DNA from: Phycisphaerae bacterium | Lineage (GTDB): Bacteria > Planctomycetota > Phycisphaerae > Sedimentisphaerales > Anaerobacaceae | Assembly (NCBI GenBank): GCA_018007255.1 | Contig: JAGOQT010000001.1 | Location: 1 to 46,399, forward strand | Direction of reading: 5' to 3' | DNA: 46,399 nt | In this document: one piece after another, positions 16,666 through 23,721 of the stretch | How the letters are laid out: every line of letters starts with the position of its first letter | Numbering within the stretch: position 1 is the stretch's first letter | Notes under the pieces: generated by a model | What the model saw: only the letters and a program-made list of their open reading frames with translations | Database searches by the model: none | What the model was told of the DNA's origin: nothing | Program-made: the position numbers and the translations under genes

Positions 16666-16686
16666 GGCTTTACCAGCTAATGTCAA
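16447..16686 (-). promoter_or_regulatory. Putative promoter (TTGACA-16-TACGGT) plus a ~205-nt conserved 5' leader of TPR paralogue 2
   Basis: On the minus strand TTGACA lies at 16686-16681 and TACGGT at 16664-16659, in the only AT-rich stretch of the 670-bp gap. The leader is almost identical to 4316-4528. Confidence 0.45.
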
Positions 16687-16876
16687 GCAAAAAATGCAGT
16701 TTTATCAAGAACTTTCTTGTATCACACACAAGACATTGCTACCGCTGGCGTTACGGAACACCTGGAATCTCTTGGATTGGGCCAAATCTCCCTCATGCAA
16801 GGGAGAGGCCAGCCTCATTGCCGACAGAAAGGGAAAGGAATCAGGGGTCAGGTCTGCCCAAGGCCAGCCACTCTGT

Positions 16877-17115
16877 GCCCGCATTTCTCACAAGCCTTCG
16901 GTTCTGAGCGGTCCTGTTGTCCGGCTGCTGCGTTCTCGGCCCCGTTTGTCCTCAGCGTGCCGCAGCGGGTACGCCTCCGGGCAACCGGGACATCCGGCCG
17001 ACATGCCGCGCTCAGAACAGTCTGTCGCCGATGCGTCGGCCCTCCGGTCGGGCCCAGGCGGGTCCACAGCCTCCATTCTGCCTCAGCCGTCCGAAGCCTC
17101 GTGAGAAATGCGGGC
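16877..17115. repeat. MITE-like element: two copies of a ~25-35-nt intergenic motif in inverted orientation, flanking ~190 bp of GC-rich self-complementary sequence
   Basis: gcccgcatttctcacaagccttcgg (16877-16901) matches the reverse complement of 17091-17115 (gcccgcatttctcacgaggcttcgg) at 23/25 positions. Inner complementary segments include ttctgagcg (16902-16910) with cgctcagaa (17009-17017). I recognised no ORF of its own and no clear target-site duplication. Confidence 0.5.
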
Positions 17116-17183
17116 TGGCCCGGGGCCCCCTGCCCTGACAGCCGGCTCCCAGGCGCCCTTCGTGCAGATCCTGCAACAGGGGA

Positions 17184-18899
17184 CTACCGGCCCCGGGCCC
17201 GCATCAGCTTGGTCTGGGCCTCGCCTCCGTTGAGCAGGTACAGCAGAGGCACGGGCCTGTCCAGGACCTCGACCCACGCGGCCCGGCGGGACCACGGCGT
17301 CACGGACAGGACGTTGGCCATGTCCATCCAGTACTCCAGGCGCGCGGGGCTCAGGCCCCAGATCGCGTGGAAGTGATTGGCCGGGGCGTACTGCTTGTAC
17401 TCGGGCATGGTGGCGTACTTGGGCACGATCCAGGTGTGCGGCCAGGTGACGTTGGACGTGTTGGCCACCGCGTCGGCCAGCTTCGCGGGCAGGTCCACGG
17501 TGCAGGCCTGGTCCCAGATCAGGCTGAAGGCCCCGGACAGGTCGCTGTAGGCCAGTCTGCCGGCCAGGCACTCGATCCCCCCGGGTGTGACGAAGGTCAC
17601 GCTGTTGCCCCCGCCCGGGAAGTAGTACGTCTCTGCGGCCGGCATGGAGACATTGGCCATGACCCTCTTGACCGAATCGCCCGGCCTGCCCGCCCAGTTG
17701 AAGCTCGCGGATCCGCTGTTGTCCCCGTCCACGATCCCCTGTCGGGCCCAGAGGTCCTTGTCCGTGAAGCGAACGCCCAGGCTCTTGGCCAGGGCCTGGA
17801 TCTCCCAGGGCTCCCAGACCTTGCGGAAGTCCATGAACAGGGGCGGGTTTCCGCCGGACAGCCATGAGCTGGCGAGCATGGTCAGGAGGCCCTGAACATC
17901 GGCCTCTGTGGCAAAGGGCAGGACCGCCTTGGGACCGCTGTGGTCGAATGTGGAATTGAGCAGGCTCTCCATGGTGTCCGCGATCGGAAGGGGGATGCCC
18001 CGCGGGTCGCTGCCCCACTCGAGCTGGTTCATGAACCCGCCGCCGACCGCGTTCAGGTCCGCGAGCAGGTCGCGCACGATCAGGTACAGGGCCAGGGAGT
18101 CGTTGAACCGCTCGGATCCCTGCTCCTGGCTCAGGTCCAGGCGCGGGCCCACGTACCGGTTGACCCAGGAGCGGAGCTTCTTGAGCTCCTGCTTGTCATA
18201 GGACCCCTTGCGGAGCAGGTCGGCCAGGAGCTTCATGTCCAGGCGGGTGATCTCCAGACCGAAGGTCCTGCGAGTGGGGATCACGTGGGCCAGGGCCGTC
18301 TCCATGCCCATGGAGTCGTGCCCGAAGACCACAACGCGCCTGCCCTTGAGGCCCGCGTAGGTCAGGGCCGCGTAGCACCAGTCGACCAGGGCCTGCACTG
18401 TGGGCTCCGTGGGCCTGGGGGTCAGCCCCGTGTCCGGCCAGGTCCCCACGTTCAGGTGCGTGAGCCGGCCGCTCTGTGCCAGCGCGCCGTTGACCGCGTG
18501 GGCGAAGACCACGCCCGGCTTGGGCCCGCTGTTGCCGCAGGTGATGTTCACGGGGATGTCCGCGGGCAGTTGGGCCAGGAGGCTCATGAGGGTCAGTTGC
18601 GGGAAGGCCCAGGTGTCCGGCGCGCAGATGACCGCGTTGACCCCGGCCTCCCGAAACATCCGGCCCACCGCGTCCGCCTCCCTCTCCCCGTCCATGAGCA
18701 GGGGCGTCCAGACCACGTCCACAGGGTTCCCGTCGGGCAGACGCACGTGCGTGGCCACCAAGTCCGCCACGATGCCCACGATGTTGGCAGCACGCTGGCG
18801 CGAGGCCGCATCGACCCGCGGATCCCCGCTCGCACAGACCCCGAAGGTCACCTTCTTGGTTCCGCCCTCTTTGCCCTTGAGTTGTCTGGCCTTTGCCAT
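17184..18899 (-). CDS. fucI: L-fucose isomerase family protein (571 aa)
   Basis: ATG 18899 is preceded by AAAGGAGA. LNSTFDHSG, FATEADVQG, LFMDFRKVW, SNVTWPHTWIVPK and ANHFHAIWG parallel E. coli FucI LNSSFDWNG, VATENDSLNG (Glu), VFADVRTYW (Asp), NSTWPTTWFAPR and ANHGVLTIG as I recall them. Confidence 0.6.
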   Translation of the reverse strand: MAKARQLKGKEGGTKKVTFGVCASGDPRVDAASRQRAANIVGIVADLVATHVRLPDGNPVDVVWTPLLMDGEREADAVGRMFREAGVNAVICAPDTWAFPQLTLMSLLAQLPADIPVNITCGNSGPKPGVVFAHAVNGALAQSGRLTHLNVGTWPDTGLTPRPTEPTVQALVDWCYAALTYAGLKGRRVVVFGHDSMGMETALAHVIPTRRTFGLEITRLDMKLLADLLRKGSYDKQELKKLRSWVNRYVGPRLDLSQEQGSERFNDSLALYLIVRDLLADLNAVGGGFMNQLEWGSDPRGIPLPIADTMESLLNSTFDHSGPKAVLPFATEADVQGLLTMLASSWLSGGNPPLFMDFRKVWEPWEIQALAKSLGVRFTDKDLWARQGIVDGDNSGSASFNWAGRPGDSVKRVMANVSMPAAETYYFPGGGNSVTFVTPGGIECLAGRLAYSDLSGAFSLIWDQACTVDLPAKLADAVANTSNVTWPHTWIVPKYATMPEYKQYAPANHFHAIWGLSPARLEYWMDMANVLSVTPWSRRAAWVEVLDRPVPLLYLLNGGEAQTKLMRARGR

Positions 18900-19130
18900 T
18901 CGGTGTCTCCTTTGTAGAGTGGGTAAACTGGACCTGCATGATTATAGGATTCGGCCGATCCCCTGTCATCATCATTCCGTGTGCGCCCCGTCCTGCGGGC
19001 AAGGTCAAGAATCGCCATCCCAAGGTCCATTCTCCCCTATCCTCGCCCACCCCGCGGCGTTATCCTGTCTGCTGTGTCCTAAGGACCTGTGGACGTCACG
19101 AATCCAATCCGACAGCAGAAAGGAGTGGAC

Positions 19131-20174
19131 ATGGAGAAGAAACGACTCGTTGAAAAGGACGCCAGGATCAAGAAGGACGACCGGATCGTCATCACCGGCG
19201 CGGGCGGATTCATCGCCGGCAACCTGGCCCGGTACTTCACGGACAAGGGCTTCACCCGCATCCGCGCACTGGACAAGAAGCCCCTGCGGGAGTGGTATCT
19301 CCGCGTGCCCGGCGTGGAGTCCCTGTGCCTGGACGTCAGCCGCGAGGAGAACTGCAGGCGGGCCTGCGAGGGCGCGGTGGAGGTCTACAACCTGGCCGCG
19401 GACATGGGCGGCATGGGCTTCATCGAGCGGTTCCGCATCGAGTGCCTCCGCTCGATCCTCATCAACACCCACATGATCGAGGCGGCCTATAGGGCCGGCG
19501 CGAGGCGGTACTTCTTCTCGTCCTCCGCCTGCGCGTACAACGTCCTGCTCCAGCAGGACCCGAACGTCCGGGCCCTGAAGGAGTCCGACGCCTACCCGGC
19601 CATGGCCGAGCGGGGCTACGGCTGGGAGAAGCTGATGAGCGAGATGTTCTGCCAGGAGTACTGGGCGGAGCGGGGGATGAAGACGGCCATCGCCCGGTTC
19701 CACAATGTCTACGGTCCCTTCGGCACCTGGGACGGCGGGCGGGAGAAGGCCCCTGCCGCGCTCTGCCGCAAGGTCATCGAGGCGATCGACACGGGCCGCA
19801 AGGACATCACAATCTGGGGCGACGGGCATCAGACCCGCAGCTTCATGTACATCGCCGACTGCGTGCAGGGGATCGACAAGATCATGCACTGCGACGACCT
19901 GATCGCCACGCCGATCAACCTCGGATCCAGCGAGTTGGTCTCCATCAACGACCTGCTCACCAAGGTCGAGCGGATCGCAGGGGTCAAGCTCAGGCGCCAC
20001 TACGACCTGGACGCCCCGCGGGGCGTGGCCGGGCGGAACAGCGACAACACCTTCATCCGGAAGGTCCTCAAGTGGGAGCCGAGCACCACGCTGGACACGG
20101 GCCTCCGCGCCACATACAAGTGGATCGAGAAGCAGGTCCGTGCCCGCAAGCAGGGCCGACACGTGGTGGAGTAG
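19131..20174 (+). CDS. gme: GDP-mannose 3,5-epimerase-like NAD-dependent epimerase (347 aa)
   Basis: ATG 19131 sits 5 nt after AAAGGAG. The protein has ITGAGGFIAGNL (Rossmann), FHNVYGPFGTWDGGREKAPAALCRK, WGDGHQTRSF and GVAGRNSDNTFIRKVLKWEP. These closely parallel plant GME FHNIYGPFGTWKGGREKAPAAFCRK / GVRGRNSDNNLIKEKLGWAP. Confidence 0.75.
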   Translation: MEKKRLVEKDARIKKDDRIVITGAGGFIAGNLARYFTDKGFTRIRALDKKPLREWYLRVPGVESLCLDVSREENCRRACEGAVEVYNLAADMGGMGFIERFRIECLRSILINTHMIEAAYRAGARRYFFSSSACAYNVLLQQDPNVRALKESDAYPAMAERGYGWEKLMSEMFCQEYWAERGMKTAIARFHNVYGPFGTWDGGREKAPAALCRKVIEAIDTGRKDITIWGDGHQTRSFMYIADCVQGIDKIMHCDDLIATPINLGSSELVSINDLLTKVERIAGVKLRRHYDLDAPRGVAGRNSDNTFIRKVLKWEPSTTLDTGLRATYKWIEKQVRARKQGRHVVE

Positions 20175-20179
20175 ACCTG

Positions 20180-20992
20180 ATGGCCGCGATCCGAAGCAGA
20201 CCCGTCGTAGCCCCGGTCACCCGGGTGATCGGAGCGATCCCCTACCGGCTGGCCCTGGCCGGCGGTTGGATCGACCAGCCCTTTGTGTCCCGCCTGAACC
20301 CCAGGCCCCCCGGCTCCATGGTGGTCGTGGGGATCGAGCCGAAGTTCCGGTTCATGGAGCGGAGCGGGATCGCCACAGGGACCCGCAAGGTCGCAGACAG
20401 GCTCTGGAAGGGCCGCCTGCCCGACCGGCCTCTGGACCGCCTGGTCCGGGAGCTCTATGACGCCGAGAACCGCGGCAAGGCCGAGCCGTCCGGGTCCCAG
20501 GACATGATCGGCCTGATCTACCCGGGCATCAGCCGGCTCGACTACGACCACCGCGTGCACGGCGGGTTCTTCCCCTCGCACATCGAGACCCTGCGGGGCC
20601 TGCGCGTGGTGGCCTGGCTCGAGAGGGTCCTGCAGGTCCTGCCCGTTGCGCCGCGGCCCGAGGGCTACAATCCGCTCGGCGCACAGCACCTCAGTCCGCG
20701 GTGGGTCCGGCGTCTGGGCCGGAGCGGACAGGACTGCTTCGACGCCATCCGGTGCAGGGATGTCCGGGCGCTGGGCAGGTCCATGAACGAGTGCATGCGG
20801 TGCTGGGCGGCCCTGCTGCCCCACACCGTGCGCCACCCGACCCTCACCGTGGACCTGGTGAAGCTGCTCCGCGTGTACCAGGACCGATATCCGGGTGCGA
20901 TGTACTCCGGGTGCGGCGGGGGCTATCTGTTCGTGGCCTCGGAGGAGCCTGTGCCCGGGGCGTTCCGCGTCAAGATCCGGACCGTGCCATGA
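20180..20992 (+). CDS. Short GHMP-kinase-superfamily-like protein (fucokinase/heptose-kinase-like, 270 aa)
   Basis: ATG 20180 lies 5 nt after the GME stop. YRLALAGGWIDQPF resembles the (I/L)DLAGGWSDTP entry motif of fucokinase-type GHMP kinases. GAMYSGCGGGYLFV resembles the C-terminal GAKxSGAGGGGF motif. The canonical PxGSGLGSS loop is not obvious (EPSGSQDMIG). Confidence 0.45.
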   Translation: MAAIRSRPVVAPVTRVIGAIPYRLALAGGWIDQPFVSRLNPRPPGSMVVVGIEPKFRFMERSGIATGTRKVADRLWKGRLPDRPLDRLVRELYDAENRGKAEPSGSQDMIGLIYPGISRLDYDHRVHGGFFPSHIETLRGLRVVAWLERVLQVLPVAPRPEGYNPLGAQHLSPRWVRRLGRSGQDCFDAIRCRDVRALGRSMNECMRCWAALLPHTVRHPTLTVDLVKLLRVYQDRYPGAMYSGCGGGYLFVASEEPVPGAFRVKIRTVP

Positions 20993-21816
20993 GCCCCGCC
21001 GCCCCCCAAGTCGTGGTGACCGGAGGGTTCGACGACATCCGGTCCAGGCAGATCCGATTCCTGGAGGAGGCGTCCAGGCTCGGCCCCCTGACCGTGCTGC
21101 TCTGGTCGGACGAGTCCCTGCACAGGCGCACCGGAAAGGCCCCCGCATTCCCCGCGGCAGAGCGCCAGTATGTGCTCCAGCATGTCCGATATGTGGCGGA
21201 GGTCAGACTCGCGGAGGCCCCCGCGGATCCGGATTCGCTTCCCGCGATGGAGGGCCTGGGGCCGGGGGTCTGGGCCGTGCCCGGGGATGAGGACGCCTCC
21301 GCCAAGAAGGCCCTGTGCGGACCGCTCGGCATCGAGGTCCGCACGCTCCGCGAGGAAGACCTGAAGGGCTTCCCCGTGCAGCCTGCCGCACCCTCCAGGC
21401 CCGGCCGGAGGAAGGTCGTGGCCACCGGCTGCTATGACTGGTTCCACTCCGGGCACGTGCGGTTCTTCGAGGAGGCCAGCGGGTACGGGGACCTCTATGT
21501 GATCGTGGGCAACGACCGGAACGTGCGGGCGCTCAAGGGCCAGGGGCACCCCCTGCTCTCGGAGGACGAACGCCGGTACGTCGTGGGCTCGATCCGCACC
21601 GTGACCCAGGCGATCGTGTCGACCGGCATGGGGTGGCTCGACGCGGATCCGGAGATCCGGCGGATCCGACCCGACCTCTACATCGTCAACGAGGACGGGG
21701 ACAAGGGCGGCAAGCGGGACTACTGCCGGAAGCTCGGCATCCAATACCGGGTGCTCCGGCGAACCCCGGCGCCCGGACTGCCCAGGCGGACCAGCACGAA
21801 CCTGAGGGGGTTCTAG
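20989..21816 (+). CDS. Tandem cytidylyltransferase-fold (HxGH nucleotidyltransferase) protein (275 aa). The N-terminal copy lacks the HxGH histidines.
   Basis: The ATG at 20989 overlaps the upstream TGA (ATGA). Domain 2 has VVATGCYDWFHSGHVRFFEEA (intact HxGH). Domain 1 has VVVTGGFDDIRSRQIRFLEEA at the equivalent position. Confidence 0.6.
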   Translation: MSPAAPQVVVTGGFDDIRSRQIRFLEEASRLGPLTVLLWSDESLHRRTGKAPAFPAAERQYVLQHVRYVAEVRLAEAPADPDSLPAMEGLGPGVWAVPGDEDASAKKALCGPLGIEVRTLREEDLKGFPVQPAAPSRPGRRKVVATGCYDWFHSGHVRFFEEASGYGDLYVIVGNDRNVRALKGQGHPLLSEDERRYVVGSIRTVTQAIVSTGMGWLDADPEIRRIRPDLYIVNEDGDKGGKRDYCRKLGIQYRVLRRTPAPGLPRRTSTNLRGF

Positions 21817-21846
21817 CCCGCATTTCCCACGAGGCTCCGGACGGCC
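21816..21846 (+). repeat. Copy of the intergenic motif gcccgcatttc(c/t)cacgaggct(c/t)cggacggc
   Basis: gcccgcatttcccacgaggctccggacggc starts on the last base of the TAG stop. It matches the reverse complement of 17086-17115 at 28/30 positions. Confidence 0.8.
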
Positions 21847-21870
21847 GCGGATCGAGCGAGGAGGCCGGAT

Positions 21871-22833
21871 TCAGGCCACGTCCTGGATGTCCAGGATGCC
21901 CACCGCCTTCAGATCCCGGTCCACCACGGCCAAGGCATTGATCCGCATGCCCCGCATGATCTGGACCGCGTCCTCCACCAGGGCGTCCTCCTGCACGAAC
22001 TTGCAGGGCGCGGTCATGCAGGCCGCGATCGGGGTCGTGGCGATATCCACGTGGACCTCAAGACACCTCCGCAGGTCGCCGTCCGTGAACACCCCGAGCA
22101 GGCGCCTCTGATCGTCCACCACCAGACACAGGCCGCACCGGGCCCGGGTGATCCTGTGTATGGCCTCCGAGATCGTGTCCGCGGTCTTGGCGTGCGCGGA
22201 CCGGTCGCCGGTGCGCATGCACTCGCCCACCCTGCGCAGCCGCCTGCCCAGGGCCCCTGCCGGGTGCAATTGGGCGTAGTCCTGGCGGGTGAAGCCCCTC
22301 TCCTCCTCCAGGGTGACCGCGAGGGCGTCGCCCAGGGCCAGCATCGCGGTGGTGCTCGCGGTCGGGGCCAGGTTGAACGCGTCCGCCTCCGGGTGCCTGC
22401 CCAGGGGAAGGACCAGATCGCACATCTGCCCAAGGGGCGACCGCTCATGGGCGGTCATGGCCACGGTCCGAATCCCAAGCCCCTTGAGGGCCTGGGCCAC
22501 CAGGAGCAGCTCTCCGGTCTCGCCGCTGTTGCTGATCAAGAGGGCCACGTCCTCCTTGCCGAGCATCCCCAGGTCGCCGTGCATGGCATCCAGGGGATCC
22601 AGCCAGAGGCTCCGCGTGCCCGTGCTGGCCAAGGTGGCACTGATCTTCTTTCCCACCAGTCCGGCCTTGCCCACTCCGCAGACCGCCACAGTGCCCCTGC
22701 ATCGGCTGATCAGGCGGACCACACTGCAGAACGGATCCCCGAGCTGATCCCTGAGCGACACGATCGCCGAGGCCTCCTTGTCCAGGACCAATCGAGCCTG
22801 GCGCAGCCACTGGGCGTCTTTCGATGAGGACAT
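21871..22833 (-). CDS. kdsD: Arabinose-5-phosphate isomerase (KpsF/GutQ family; SIS plus tandem CBS domains)
   Basis: VAVCGVGKAGLVGKKISATLASTGT...LLISNSGET (SIS) followed by two CBS-like units (..LCLVVDDQRRLLGVFTDGDLRR.. and ..ALAVVDRDLKAVGILDIQD). Confidence 0.85.
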   Translation of the reverse strand: MSSSKDAQWLRQARLVLDKEASAIVSLRDQLGDPFCSVVRLISRCRGTVAVCGVGKAGLVGKKISATLASTGTRSLWLDPLDAMHGDLGMLGKEDVALLISNSGETGELLLVAQALKGLGIRTVAMTAHERSPLGQMCDLVLPLGRHPEADAFNLAPTASTTAMLALGDALAVTLEEERGFTRQDYAQLHPAGALGRRLRRVGECMRTGDRSAHAKTADTISEAIHRITRARCGLCLVVDDQRRLLGVFTDGDLRRCLEVHVDIATTPIAACMTAPCKFVQEDALVEDAVQIMRGMRINALAVVDRDLKAVGILDIQDVA

Positions 22834-22917
22834 GCCGCACCTCGCATAGTCACCAGGTCTCAGGTGCCGCGCCTCCGCGGCAGACCGGACCGGCCACAGG
22901 ATACCAGATCCTCCAGG

Positions 22918-23721
22918 TCAGTCTACAGGGAACGGAGGGCGGATCTGTCGGGCACGGTGTTGGAGGTAGGCGTCCCGAATCGCGGCATAGGGCTCGAAGG
23001 CCGAGGACTTGAGGGCCTCGTACTCACCCAGGCTGAACGAGGAGTCGTTGACCGTGCGCACGACGCGCATGCCCAGCGCGGCCTCCCAGGGCTCGACGTA
23101 GGTGACCGGGTTCAGGAAATGGTCCGCGACCATGCCCGCGGAGTCCCGCAGCGTGGACGGACCCAGACCCGGCCACACGATGTACAGACCCGGACCGACC
23201 CCGCGGAACCCCAGGGTCTGGCCCATGTCCTCTGCGCTCGGCGGAGCCAGGGCCAGGCGGTCCTTGGCCGGGTCCCAGATGCCCAGCACACCCCAGGTGC
23301 TGTTGACCATGAACCGCCCGAATTCCAGGCCCGACTCGTCGTACTTGCCCTGGAGCATGCAACTGACGAATCGGATCGGGGTGGTCAGGTTGGCGAACAC
23401 GTTGCGAACGCCGGTTCGGACCGGCTGCGGCATGACCTGTTTGTAGCCCTGGGCCACGGGCTTGAGCACCCAGAAGTAGAGCCGATCGTTGACCTCGAAC
23501 ATCAGGCGGTTCCAGCCCTTCAGGGGGTCTGGAACGGGGGCAGGCCCCTGCTCGAACTCCCCCTCCAGATCGTCCGCGTCCAGGGTCCAGGCCGGATCGA
23601 CCGGGTCGGCAGACGCAGCGAGCCCTGCAGGGGCTGGGTCGGCGGCCTCCGGGGTCCCCATGGACGAAGAACAACCGGCTGCGCCCAGCAGGACAAGCAG
23701 ACAGAGTGCATGGCGTCTCAT
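22918..23721 (-). CDS. mlaA: MlaA/VacJ family outer-membrane lipoprotein (267 aa)
   Basis: The ATG at 23721 overlaps the upstream TGA (ATGA). MRRHALCLLVLLGAAGCSS is a lipobox signal. DPLKGWNRLMFEVNDRLYFWVLKPVAQGY...NVFANLTTP...NSTWGVLGIWD is typical of VacJ. Confidence 0.8.
   Translation of the reverse strand: MRRHALCLLVLLGAAGCSSSMGTPEAADPAPAGLAASADPVDPAWTLDADDLEGEFEQGPAPVPDPLKGWNRLMFEVNDRLYFWVLKPVAQGYKQVMPQPVRTGVRNVFANLTTPIRFVSCMLQGKYDESGLEFGRFMVNSTWGVLGIWDPAKDRLALAPPSAEDMGQTLGFRGVGPGLYIVWPGLGPSTLRDSAGMVADHFLNPVTYVEPWEAALGMRVVRTVNDSSFSLGEYEALKSSAFEPYAAIRDAYLQHRARQIRPPFPVD

Noticed and set aside
16513-16876. A tRNA, small RNA or small protein gene in the 670-bp gap (including the 75-aa ORF at 16680-16907 and the hairpin tctccct-catgca-agggaga at 16787-16806). 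The same question applies to 46130-46399.
   Set aside because: There is no cloverleaf or T-loop (GTTCGAATC-type) signature. The ORF has no RBS or recognisable motif. An isolated 7-bp hairpin is expected by chance.
22865-22882. GC-rich hairpins (tgccgcg-cctc-cgcggca here; ggcgtgc/gcacgcc at 46313-46330) as intrinsic terminators.
   Set aside because: Neither is followed by a T/U tract on either strand. Such stems are frequent by chance at this GC content.
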